A stretch of 64,000 bases of DNA from Moniliella sp. 'wahieum' (lineage: Eukaryota): positions 62,001-126,000 of the forward strand of contig RSEE01000070.1 of the NCBI GenBank assembly GCA_003971905.1. The letters run 5' to 3'. This document shows positions 1-11,085 of this stretch, piece after piece (within the stretch, counting starts at the first letter, position 1; every line of letters starts with the position of its first letter). The notes below the pieces were generated by a model that did not search any database, was not told the origin of the DNA, and worked only from the letters and a program-made list of their open reading frames with translations. A program made the position numbers and the translations under genes.

Positions 1-353
1 AAGAGGGCGCGGAGCTTGGACGTCCACTTGGGGACGGTGCGGTGGTGGCGGCGGCGGTTGCTGCTAGCCGTTGTTTCCTGGTCATTGCTGGCGCATGCCT
101 CTTGGGCGGGTGGGCCGAACAAAGATAAGGGTTGCTTGACAATAGGAGATGAAAGTTGGGCTTCGAAGCCATCGGCCTGCTCTTGGACCGGTGGGTCGGC
201 AAAGGCAAAGCGGACTCGCTTGGGAGTACGGGCGGTTCCTTGAGCTTCAATGTCATCGGCCTCCATGCGCTTTTTAATGCGGGGTTTGATGCTGCTGCGA
301 AGCGGAGCACCGCTGGCGTCGTTGGCGTGGGCTGCATGGTTCGCGGCCGGCAT
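1..353 (-). CDS. Hypothetical protein, 5' part only (runs off the window start)
   Basis: Hand translation from ATG at 353 stays open to base 1: MPAANHAAHANDASGAPLRSSIKPRIKKRMEADDIEAQGTARTPKRVRFAFADPP...RRRHHRTVPKWTSKLRAL. It is absent from the ORF track because no stop falls inside the window. No family recognised. Confidence 0.5.
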   Translation of the reverse strand, partial: MPAANHAAHANDASGAPLRSSIKPRIKKRMEADDIEAQGTARTPKRVRFAFADPPVQEQADGFEAQLSSPIVKQPLSLFGPPAQEACASNDQETTASSNRRRHHRTVPKWTSKLRAL

Positions 354-392
354 GATCGTTGCAGGATCGGCGGAGGATAGGGTAGTGGGGAG

Positions 393-500
393 GACGATAC
401 GCTGGTGGGAACAAGAGAAGGATACGTTGGTGATGGGGAGGCGGATACGCTGCTGGGGGGGGATACGCTTCTGGGGAGGCGGATACGGTGGTGGGGAGGA
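393..500. repeat. Degenerate ~20-bp minisatellite, five GATACG-cored units
   Basis: gatacgctggtggg / ggatacgttggtgatggggagg / ggatacgctgctggggggg / ggatacgcttctggggagg / ggatacggtggtggggagg. Confidence 0.75.
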
Positions 501-2189
501 TGAGAAAGGTGATGGGCCTGCGTGGATCTTTTTAAACGGTTCGGGTGTTGGGGGAGGGGAGCCATTTGGCCAAAAAAAAACCCAATCATGAGATGGCGAA
601 GTTGTGCCCCCAGGGAGGCAGGTCTGTTGGTGCGTGTGATGCCTCGCCCATGTCAGATATCTCCCTCGGACGGCTGGTGTGTTTCGGCGCAAAGGGTCAT
701 AGCAACGGGGCAGTGTTGCTCTTCGGGTGGTGGTAATACATTTTGTCGCTGCGGTGCGGGGGCACTAAAAAAGCAGAACGCCATAGATCGTACTAAGTGT
801 ACTATAACACCCTTTGTCACACGACTATGCATGAGCGGGAGTTGACAGAGCTGGCTCGTGCAGTGCGTGCCCAGACCCCCTTTAAGTGGGGTAGGCACTG
901 GGCCATAGGACGACGTCTGTCTGAGCATCAGTTGATCATGCATGATACATCATGCATCATCGGTCATGCCCTTCAGCGTCGATCGTGGGTGCTTAGTATA
1001 CGGAGGCGAGCCAGCCGGGCAGCCTCAGTTGCCTGAGAAGCTGGGTACTGAGTCTCAGTCTTGTCTCGGTGGAAGCTCAAGTGAATTCAAGAGACCTGCC
1101 CTGGACTGCCACCCGTCACACGACCCGACTTGGGCTGGAGCTTGAAGGCTGTTGGGCGGTTTTTGAGCGCTCGCGCTGACTATAGTGTGCAATGCGGCCA
1201 GAAGTGTGTTAAGAATGGTTAATGGGGCAAAAAGACTGGAGAAAAACAAGGGGTATGAGCTGGGGAGGGTGAGGCTGAGGACGAAGAGGTGGACAGCACT
1301 AGTGACCGAAGAAGAGCACTCGGAATTAGGGTGTTGGCCGTTTTACCCCGTCGGAATAGCTGCGAGCTGCCAATTAAAAGGGGGGTTTAAAGAGCTGAAA
1401 GTGTGCTTGACTGTTGACATCGGGATAGCTACAGCTTTTTCCAATGAGCGAAGCACCTGTGCACAAATTGTGCATGAGAAGCGAAGTGGAACTCAGAGAA
1501 TGTTATTGTAAGCTCCTGACACTACTTTTTGTAGTCCGATCTTGAGAGTGCAGCAGGAGAGAGAAGGAAGGAGGGGAACGATAGATGCGATGCTATATCC
1601 GGATTCGGGGAGCGCGGGTTGTGGAACACTACACGCAGTTCCGCTCACCAACGAATTGGGCAATATAGGAGACCATCATGCCAAGTGGTGTCACTTATTC
1701 GCACCACACTCTAACGAGTGCTCCATGGGTGGCCGGGAAGTCAGTCACCGTTGCAGACGCACTAATCCCGGCACCAACGTTGATACAGAGAGGGCTATTA
1801 ATGCAAGATTGATTCCGATATCATGGAATGGAATTACTAGCGACTTAACCCAAATGTATTACTATAGGATACGGAGCTATGGGGAAAGAATCCAGACCGT
1901 ACTCATCATAATTCAGTGAAGAGGAAAAACGAGGTATATACACATGGAAGAAAGAGGGGGACCTACTTGAGATAAGTCTCGCATGGACTCGAGAATACTA
2001 TAGATAGAAGGGAGAAACCAGGGTTGAAAGCGGTGGTTAAGGGGTCATTTCACGTGATGAAGATTCATCACCAGATGCGCGTGAGAGCCCCCCCAAAAAG
2101 GCCATCCCCTTTTCACAGCGCCAGGATGAAGTTACACGGAGAGATCATTGAAAATGGACCTCCTCATATTCTGGCTCCGATGGTAACGG

Positions 2190-3503
2190 TCAGAGCGTTG
2201 CATTTGAAGTATCTGTAGGAAGATTCACGCCGAACATGTTGCCGATTTCCAGAAGCTGGCTGTGGTATCGAGCTAACAGTTGCTCATGCGTTTGAAAGAG
2301 CTCTTTCATGTACTCGATGGCTGCAGTAGAAATGGGTACCAGAGCCCAGTTGGGAGTTAGTATGTGGACATGGCCTCGTAATATCCATCACGATAAGGGA
2401 AGAATTGGGAAGTGTTTATTCTTTTGAAGGCCCATAAAGGAATTCTTTCTCTGGTCCTAGAGAGAGAGGGCCATGAATGCAGGACACACCTTTCAGGATG
2501 TATTCGGGCTCTGACGTGGACCCGTTTTTAATCATGTTCTCCGTCATGCCGCCCATGCCTGGGATCAAGGCGATTAACAGTTTGTATGCTTTGCGTATGT
2601 TGTCGCGGCGCTTGCGCTCGGACTGGTTGTGTTTCGTTCGATTCTCCCTCTCGGTCAATTTGTGCTTACCTGCAGACGACCCACTCTTATCCGTCAAACC
2701 TGCAGCGTGGTCAAGATAATATTGCACCAACTCGGGTCGGTCTCCCGCTCGGATCGATGCCCGGAGTTTGGTCAGGTGAGGCTGGGCCTCTTGTTTAGGA
2801 AGAAAGTCTTTGATGAGTGATACGAGAAAAGGCGGGAATGGGGCGACTCAATTTTGTTCATGTCCAACGGTACACGCATCTGGAACCCTGAAGGGGTCCA
2901 TCCCGTCTTGCCAACAAACCGACGTACGTTCTTCAACAGGCATACCTCCTCCTCCATAGACACCGCGGAGTCTTTCAGATCGTCTAGATCCGATGACGAA
3001 CGGCTCCGTTTTGTCTTATTCAACTTTTCAGCCCTAAATGTGCCTGCTTGAAGCACGCCCGCTGCTTGGCTTGACGACGGGATATGAAGCAGACAACGGT
3101 CTACGCCTTTGACCTTGCCTCGTACACAACTGAGTGCAGGCGTTTGGTCTTTGGATCCATATACCTCTTCACATGGGGCTTCTGATCGTTTTCCCAGAAT
3201 GGATAAAGGCGGACTTTCTGGGAAGTGCTCCGGCTTCTGCACTGTTGGCTCCGGTACAGGTTCATATCCAAACTCAGGATGAAGTTTCGAAGTAATTGAA
3301 TAGCAAGAGCGAAATGGTAGCGAAGAAAGATCGGAGTCGTTTGCAGCGATTGGTACTTCCAACGAGTTGACTAGGCCGTACGAAGGGAGTTGTTTCTGTT
3401 CGGTTCCGTCGTTCGCGATCATGCCCGGCAAGAATTGATGGTCAGCAGAATGTGCTGCATGAATGCCTGAAAATTGGGTATGCGGGTGTTGTGTATGCGT
3501 CAT
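2190..3503 (-). CDS. bHLH transcription factor (Ino2/Ino4- or Max-like); start uncertain (3503, or upstream near 3779)
   Basis: Basic region and helix 1 read ENRTKHNQSERKRRDNIRKAYKLLIALIP. Removing a GT-AG intron at 2489-2321 (ACTAAC branch) joins EYILK to AIEYMKELFQTHEQLLARYHSQLLEIGNMFG, completing helix 2 plus a zipper-like tail; stop at 2190-2192. The N-terminal part lies in ORF 2772..3824, joined by an intron or frameshift near 2810-2870. Confidence 0.8.
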
Positions 3504-3962
3504 AATGGGGGACAGTGGAAATTGTTGTGACAGTACCGCATCAGTGTGGGGAGAAGAGTCAGTGCCATAGGTAGGAGAGGGAATACAAAAACACGCGGAG
3601 CTTGATGCGGTTGGGGATGAGTTTGGGAATATGAACTGACGGTTGCCCGTTGGGGACTCGTGAGTCGGAGTAAACGGCAGCATCACTTGGAGAGAAGTGA
3701 GATGACGCAGGTTGTTGCCGACTCCAGCCCATTTGTTGCTGCAGAAGACGGATCTCTTCTTGCTGGGGAAAAGAGGCATTGACTGGCCAGGGTAAGAATT
3801 CGTGCTGAGATAGAAGTGGCACATGGTGATCGCCGACCGCTTGGCGGAACAGACTGGGTAACGGGTTGGAAGAGGAAACTGGCCGAGGCGCTAGTGACTG
3901 TATTTGCAGCTGGTCTGATTGAGGAGAGCCTCTGTTATCTCTCCCTCAATCGGGTGATCCTT

Positions 3963-4046
3963 GGTGGCAGTCACGAACGGAGCAGACTGTTCATAATAGG
4001 TAAAGGTGGCAGTCACGAACGGAGCAGACTGTTCATAATAGGTAAA
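3963..4046. repeat. Perfect 42-bp tandem duplication
   Basis: ggtggcagtcacgaacggagcagactgttcataataggtaaa at 3963-4004 and 4005-4046. Confidence 0.95.
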
Positions 4047-7000
4047 GGAAGAGGAAGCGGTGTCGCTTGACGGCGAAGGATTTGGAATAGGTTGGGGTGC
4101 TGACAGGGCCATGTTGGTGTTCAGAGCTTGCAGAAGAGGAATGGGGCAGCAGTTGAGAAAATCCGAGGGCATGGTATATCTACCGGCGGTATGCCCTCTC
4201 GACTGGAGATGTGTGGGTGGTGGATGTTGAGATGAAAGAAAAGGGAATGGGAGGCATCCGAGGTCTGATGAAGGGTACTTATACTATGGATGCATAGTCC
4301 CAACTGACAAGAGGCGTTTATGTGATGCCCCGCACGGACTTGAATTCAGATGGAAGGAGGTGCGAGCGCTATATAAGCGAGAGATAGGGGCCACTACATC
4401 ACATCCCTGTCATCCGAACGGCTTCTCTCCAAAATATAAGACTCTCTGCTTGACGAGGACAGAGGGGGCCCCTCATAGTGGGAATGGGGCCAGTAGTTAA
4501 CAGTTGGGTTGTTGCCCTGTGCGTAGGTTGGCCGTTATATGTGCCCCCTGTTTTGGAGATGTGAAATACCAGTGGCAATGGTACTGGAAACACGGGCACA
4601 TATACCATGTGTTATTGCGGGGCACAACCCCATTACACATCACAGTACTAATATAGTACTCTATTAATCATTGCTCGTTTTCTTCCAGCATATGCATAAG
4701 TAAAAATGTGTTGTAGGGACTCGTTCGCAACACGCGACCTTGTAGACATGCGCGTCTGTGCGCAAAAAGACAGAGAACTATGTCTTTAATAAGTGAAGTG
4801 CTGTGTGGACTTAAGTTGGCGGGGCTGAGGGTAAGTCTTTTATGTTCGTTATCACGTTTCCTCATTCAGTCCTGGGCACAGACCCCTACGCTTCTCCCAC
4901 ATATTTAAACGAATGTCAATGCGAACATACACTAAACTATGTTCCAGCCCCGGGCCGGCATGGCTCAGCGTAACACACCTCCGCTCGATGAGCACCTACC
5001 GATATTGATTACAGTTTTCTATGCGCGTCGAGGCGTGGGAGCCGGGCTGGTCATGCAGCATATATCATGCCATAGATTGTGCCCTTTGTGCTTAGAACTG
5101 CCGGGAAATGTTGGCCCCACTGGCACACTCCATAAATATGGATCCCGTCACGAGAGACGGGCTTTTGTCAGTATCTCTCCTGTGGGGGAGGTCAGCAAAT
5201 AGGCATTTTGGTGGGCTACGTCAGCAGGTCGAGAGCTTTTCGTACTAGTTTTCTTAAGGAACCGCTGTCTCTTATTCATGAGCTTGCTACCTCCCAATGT
5301 ACAGACTTATATACCTAGGGCGAAGCAATTCTGCTCGGACCACACGGTGATAAACGTGGGAGCGTCGATTGTCGAAGTTGAAGCAGTGCGGTCGAGAAGG
5401 GAAGATGGGGAGAGAACAGTTGAGAGAAGGTTATCAGATTCACCGCATGCCGGGTCCGCAATAGAGGGTCATCTGTGCACGGGCCGTATGTACAATAATG
5501 CTGACCTGGTTTCCGTCAGTTAAGATGCTACTATGTGTCTACCGTTCAGCTGTCTTCCTGCAGCCACTTGCCCTGGCTGGTATATACACTACCTTAGATG
5601 AACGGTATTCCTATGCGTGGACCACGGACTGGGGCCCGAGACGTACAGTTTAGAAAAGTGCTTTTCCTCTGAGGAGGACAACCACTCTTTTCAAGGCGGC
5701 TGATCGACCCTGAACACTACTATGGCAACAGATCCGAACAATACAAAAGACAAGGAGGGAGCACTCTTCCAATTCGACCGTTGGCTTGCGCAGAAAAGCC
5801 GTGCATGACAGAGAGGGGACAGGACGTTGTGATTTGACGGCAATGAATGCCCGGAAAGGAACTAGATTCTCTGGTTGCAGCGAGTAGATCAAAGGGAACA
5901 CAAGTTTGGTTTAGAGACAACGGGTACTACATGGGTTCTTGTTCAACCTTCAGACAAAGCCACAGGCCAATTTTGAGGGAGATCTATAACCCTCCGGGGA
6001 GAGGGGGGCGTATGGGCTCTTCCACCTGCCATCTTTCCCCATGACACAGAAGGGGAATTATACACATATATACTTATTTGGAATCTATCTGTTTCCCTCC
6101 TGTCCACATCTCAAACGGTTCGTACTACTACTACTATTAGCAGCCAGGAAAGCAGAGGAACACAGCCCAGGTGTCATGCACCGTTCCTGGTAGATTGCAG
6201 GGCCATTATATGAGGTGCGGAGCCCGACCCTGTGAAGCCGGCGGGTTTTTATATCTCCTTCAGGCTCTCAGATATTGCGAGGACGAGAGTCCAGTGCCTC
6301 ATGTAGATTTCCAAACTTGCTCTTCGGATCCCGGTGGAAGAGCCACGAGCAGGTAGGCGAGGGAGTGTATCACTTCAATTCGGTCCACTGTCTGTTTGCC
6401 CCAAAGCAACCTTCGGGCGACGGAGTCGCGGGGGAACATTTTCTGTGCCGTATATAGTCGTGGCGTCAAAAATAAGGACAGATCGGATTTCCCCTAGGAC
6501 GCCAGAGCGGTTGTGAATGGCGAGGCTAACTCGGTTGGACCTTGAAAGCTTGAGGCTGAAGCGCGGGGGCTCATTTGCTTGGTCTGATGTGCCCTCTGCG
6601 CCTCCCTGCCATCTACATCAGATGCCCTTACATTGGGCCTGAACAACAGAAGAGTGGTTAACGATCCTGATCGAATCTGAGATCTGACTGGCTGACCGGC
6701 GACCGATCAGCGCTCGACGCTCCGGAATCATTAATCATGCATCGAGTATGCCCGGCCAGAGCTGAGCCGGGTGACGCGGAGGGAAATGATGCAGTGCCTA
6801 TGACCCGGCTCGGTGGCCCGAGGCCGGGTGTGGGGTGTGAGACAGCAAGCTATGTCCGCCAGGCCGCTGGGCTGTCCGGCCAAGGCCTGCTGCTCGGACA
6901 GGGCACAGGGGCGCTCGCAACGTGCGCCCCGCATTCTGCGCGTTCGATGTCATTCACGAGGTGGGCGGAGGGGAGGTCGTCTGAGGCGGCTCGGTCTTCT

Positions 7001-7059
7001 TGCCACTCCGGCTGGTCGCCGCTTCGGCCCTCCCCGGCTCCAGCGGACGAACAGGCGGG

Positions 7060-7067
7060 TATATAAG
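7060..7067 (+). promoter_or_regulatory. TATA box of ICL1
   Basis: TATATAAG about 80 bp upstream of the ATG at 7143, followed by a CT-rich tract. Confidence 0.6.
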
Positions 7068-7142
7068 CAGCGTCCCATCGTCATTTCTCCTGCCTCCCCA
7101 CCTCCCACCCCGTCCCCGTCTCCCTCCGCATTTCTTACCACC

Positions 7143-8822
7143 ATGGGCATCTCCTCTGACGCCGAGCAGCGTGCATTTGACGCCGAAGTCCAAGCCGTCG
7201 AGCAATGGTGGCAGGTACGTCCCCTCTTGACCCCCCCCCCACACTCAACCCCGTTCACGTACTGATCTTTCTGGCTCGCGCATACACAGTCGTCCCGCTT
7301 TGCGCACACTAAGCGCCCCTACACGGCTGCCCAGGTTGTTTCCAAGCGTGGCACCATCCCCATCGAGTACCCCCTCCAACATCCAGGCCAAGAAGCTCTG
7401 GGGTCTGCTCGAGAAGCATTGGGCCGACAAGACGCCCTCCCACACCTACGGTGCTCTTGACCGGTCCAGGTCACCCAGATGGCCAAGTACCTCGAGGCAG
7501 TTTACGTTTCTGGGTGGCAATCTTCCTCCACCGCCAGCTCCACCAACGAGCCCGGCCCGACCTGGCTGACTACCCGTACAACACGGTCCCCAACAAGGTC
7601 GAGCACCTCTTTATGGCGCAGCTCTTCCATGACCGCAAGCAGCGCGAGGCGCGTTCTTCTCTCTCGCCCGAGGAGCGCGCCAAGACGCCCTACACGGACT
7701 ACCTCCGCCCATTGTCGCTGACGCCGACACGGGCCACGGTGGTCTGACTGCCGTGATGAAGCTCACCAAGCTCTTTGTTGAGAAGGGTGCGGCCGGGATC
7801 CACATTGAGGACCAAGCGCCCGGGACGAAAAAGTGTGGTCATATGGCGGGCAAAGTGTTGGTTCCCATTCAGGAGCACATCAACCGTCTGATTGCCATCC
7901 GTTTCCAATACGACATTATGGGCGTTGACAATATTGCTGTGGCGCGTACCGACTCGGAGGCTGCGACGCTCATCACGTCCAACATTGACGAGCGCGACCA
8001 CGCTTTCATTATTGGTTCGACCAATGCTTCTCTCGAGCCCCTGGTCACGGTCATGAACCGCGCCGAGGCCAATGGCGCTTCGGGCGATGCTCTGCAAAAG
8101 GTGGAGGACGACTGGGTGGCCGCGGCCGGGTTGAAGCTGTTTGGTGACGCGGTGGCAGATGCGATCAAGGCCAAGGGCGGGGACGTGGCCAAGTTCCAAG
8201 CTGAGGCCAAGGGCTTGTCCAACCATGCGGCGCGCGCCTTGGCTGCCAAGTACGGCGTCACGGACTTGTTCTGGACTGGGATGCGCCCCGGACCCGCGAG
8301 GGCTACTACCGCTACCAGGGTGGTACGCAGTGTGCGATCAACCCGCCATTGCGTTCAGCCCATACGCCGACCTGATCTGGATGGAGACTAAGTCGCCCAT
8401 CTATGCGCAGGCCAAGGAGTTTGCCGATGGCGTCCATGCGGCTGTGCCTCACCAGTGGCTCGCCTACAACCTCTCGCCCTCGTTCAACTGGGACGCTGCT
8501 GGCCTCAACACGGCCAGATGAAGGACTATGTGTGGGACCTGGGCAAGCTCGGGTTCATTTTCCAGTTCATCACGCTTGCTGGTCTGCACACGGATGCCTA
8601 CATTTCTGACCTGTTTGCCAAGAACTTTGCTACCGAGGGCATGAAGGCGTACGTGGAGATTGTCCAGCGCAAGGAGCGCGACTGGGCACCGACACGCTCA
8701 CCCACCAAAAGTGGTCGGGTGCCAGCTACGTCGACTCGCTTCTCAAGACCGTCACGGGCGGCGTGTCGTCGACGGCTGCCATGGGCTCGTACAACTCGGA
8801 GAACCAGTTTGGCAAGAAGTAA
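7143..8822 (+). CDS. ICL1: Isocitrate lyase
   Basis: [24 protein letters not shown], intron ~7215-7289 (GTACGT..CTGAT..CAG), [19 protein letters not shown], catalytic [41 protein letters not shown]-terminus ENQFGKK*. Several single-base frameshifts. Confidence 0.97.
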
Positions 8823-9138
8823 GTGACGTATGCTCTGCTTGCGTCTGTGGTTGCCACGGTATGCCTCTTCTCTCTTCCACCAAAAACTCCGCCTGTTCCC
8901 CTCCTCTGTTCATGTTGCCCGGCTACCAATCGCGAGCCATAAGGAATCTTATGTACCAGTACCCTGCAATGCCAGTAAACAAAAAGCTACTTGAGCCAGC
9001 GTCCATAGGGTACGAAGGCAATGCCAAACCAAAAACCAAAGCGATGGGTAAGCGATTATGCAGTGAACGGGTACAAGTACAAGACAAGCTTGGTCCAGAG
9101 GGGGGGTAAGGAGCAAGGAAGGAGGAGTAAAGCCCGGT

Positions 9139-10630
9139 TTAGATTTTTTCGGACAGGATGGACTTTTTGCGAGCCGAGACGGGTTTCTCGTTCTTCTTTT
9201 TCGAGTGAGTGCGTCGGCGCTCTTCCTTGACCCGCTCGGCATCGAGCATGACGCGCTTGAGGCGCTGAGCCGCCTTGATGGGTTGGGGCAAGTTGCGTCG
9301 GCGCGAAATGGCACGCACGTCGCCCGTGTCGGACCACTTGTTGACCAACGCCGCCCGGTGCTCGCTCGCCGCCTTTTCCCGTCCGGTCATCAACCCCAGC
9401 TTCTCGCTCGCCGGGCCTTCCAGATCCGCAAGTTGCCATCGTCCGAGCCAGAGAACAAAGCGCGCGTCCATAGTGTAGGCTGTGAGAAGATGCGTTGCAT
9501 CCGCTTGGTGTGGTACGTGTCACGCTGTTATTGCCTTGACCCTTGGTCCACAGCCGAATCGTTCGGTCGTACGAACCCGACACAATTCCTGGCCCCGTCG
9601 GCGCCCAATCGACACTCATCACGGCCGCCACATGGCCCTTGTAGATCTGAGTGGCAGAAGAAAGGTTCCGCATATCGAACGTATACACGTTTGGTCTTCG
9701 CTTGCAACGGCAAACGTCGTAGGGTCGACGGGGGACCAGCTCAAGTCGTTCGCCCGCAACGACATGATCATCTTGCGCACCGGCTGGGCCGAACGGAGAT
9801 CGTAGAGGACCACACTGCGGTCTCCACCTGCACTCGCCAGCAAGTCCACCTCAGCATGGTTAAACTTGACCACATTGATCGTCTCGTGCCCCACGACAGG
9901 GTCTGCAACGCCTCGCGCCCGGTCCCCGACGCGCCGCCTCGGTTCAAATCCCAAATCTGAATCGCCGACGAGGCCGAGGCAAACTTGGGCTGGGCAAAGT
10001 GGTGCGAGACGGAATTGAAAGCGGTAGCACCCTTGTACACTGCCAGTGGCTCACTTGCTTTCACCGGTGCCAGCTTGGTGCTCAGCAGGCCGCCACGACG
10101 TGCCATACCAGCCGCGTGGCGTCCTGGTCTTCGTCTTCGTCCTCGGACTGCGGCAGGTCCCCGTCCCACCCCGTGTGGTCAGGGTGCGGATCCGCATTCC
10201 ACATCTTGACGGTCCGGTCGGTGGAGCAGGAAAGGAGGTGGCGCCCAAAGGTGGAGGAGGAGAGGGAGGAAGGGCACATGGACAGAGACTGGATGATGCC
10301 CTTGTGGGCTTTGGTGTAGGTATGGATGGCCGACTGGTTGCGCAGGTTCCAGAGCTTGATTTCGCCGTCGCCGCTACCGCTGGCCACGACGCTGAGGCGA
10401 GCAGGGTCTTTGGCAAGCGCATAGATGCCGTCAATGTGGCCGTCGAGAGCCGCGACAAACGGCTTGGCAAACATGCGGTCAATCTTGGCCGCATTGACAG
10501 CGCGCGTGTATTCGCGCGGCTTGGCGAACGGATGGAGAGCAGGGTCGAGGTTGCGCGACACGGGAGTCAAGTCCCCTGTACGCCCGGGAAGGTGCGTGTC
10601 GAGCGAGCGCGAGAGCGCGTTGATCTTCAT
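9139..10630 (-). CDS. SOF1: U3 snoRNP WD40 protein Sof1/DCAF13
   Basis: MKINALSRS..RNLDPALHPFAKPREYTRAVNAAKIDRMFAKPF, WD repeats (YKGHVAAVMSVDWAPTG..SGSYDRTIRLW) and the Sof1 C-terminal domain (DVRAISRRRNLPQPIKAA). Frameshifted. Confidence 0.95.
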
Positions 10631-11085
10631 TGCGATGGAGGTGGGCTGGGCTGGGACCGAGGTGGCGGTGGTGGTTGCTGTGGGTTGGAGTGGCAGAGGG
10701 TAGCGCTCTGCCGGGGCTGGGCAAAAATTAAAAGGGGGCGGAATATATTCCGCTCTCTACTTGCGACGCCGCGCCCTGCTAGCGCCCACTTAAACTACAC
10801 CATCCCGCACTGGTTAGGCCCATGGCAGATTCATATGGACGAGCGACGAGACGGGCGCGACGCGTGAGGGGATGGGCAATGCGCATGGCTTATATCAGAA
10901 GAAGAACCGAGCATCCATCCATCCATCCAGACAACCCAAGGATAACCACCCAACCTTCCCTCTCCCATGTCGCATCGCAGGGACACAAGTAACAGACCAG
11001 CACACGCCCAAGGGGGGGGTGTCGCCCTTGCTTGCAACGAGCACACTGGGGCATTGATCCACATGTGTCCTTCCGTTCGCCGCGC

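Noticed and set aside
1..353. Mating-type homeodomain gene
   Set aside because: No WFxNxR homeodomain motif within the window, and no pheromone or receptor genes recognised.
393..500. CRISPR-like repeat-spacer array
   Set aside because: Eukaryotic context, degenerate short units without unique spacers, and no cas genes.
4300..6500. Degenerate transposon or hidden gene in the lower-GC stretch
   Set aside because: No RT, integrase or transposase motifs, terminal repeats or convincing ORF seen by eye; a tBLASTx/Dfam search would be needed.
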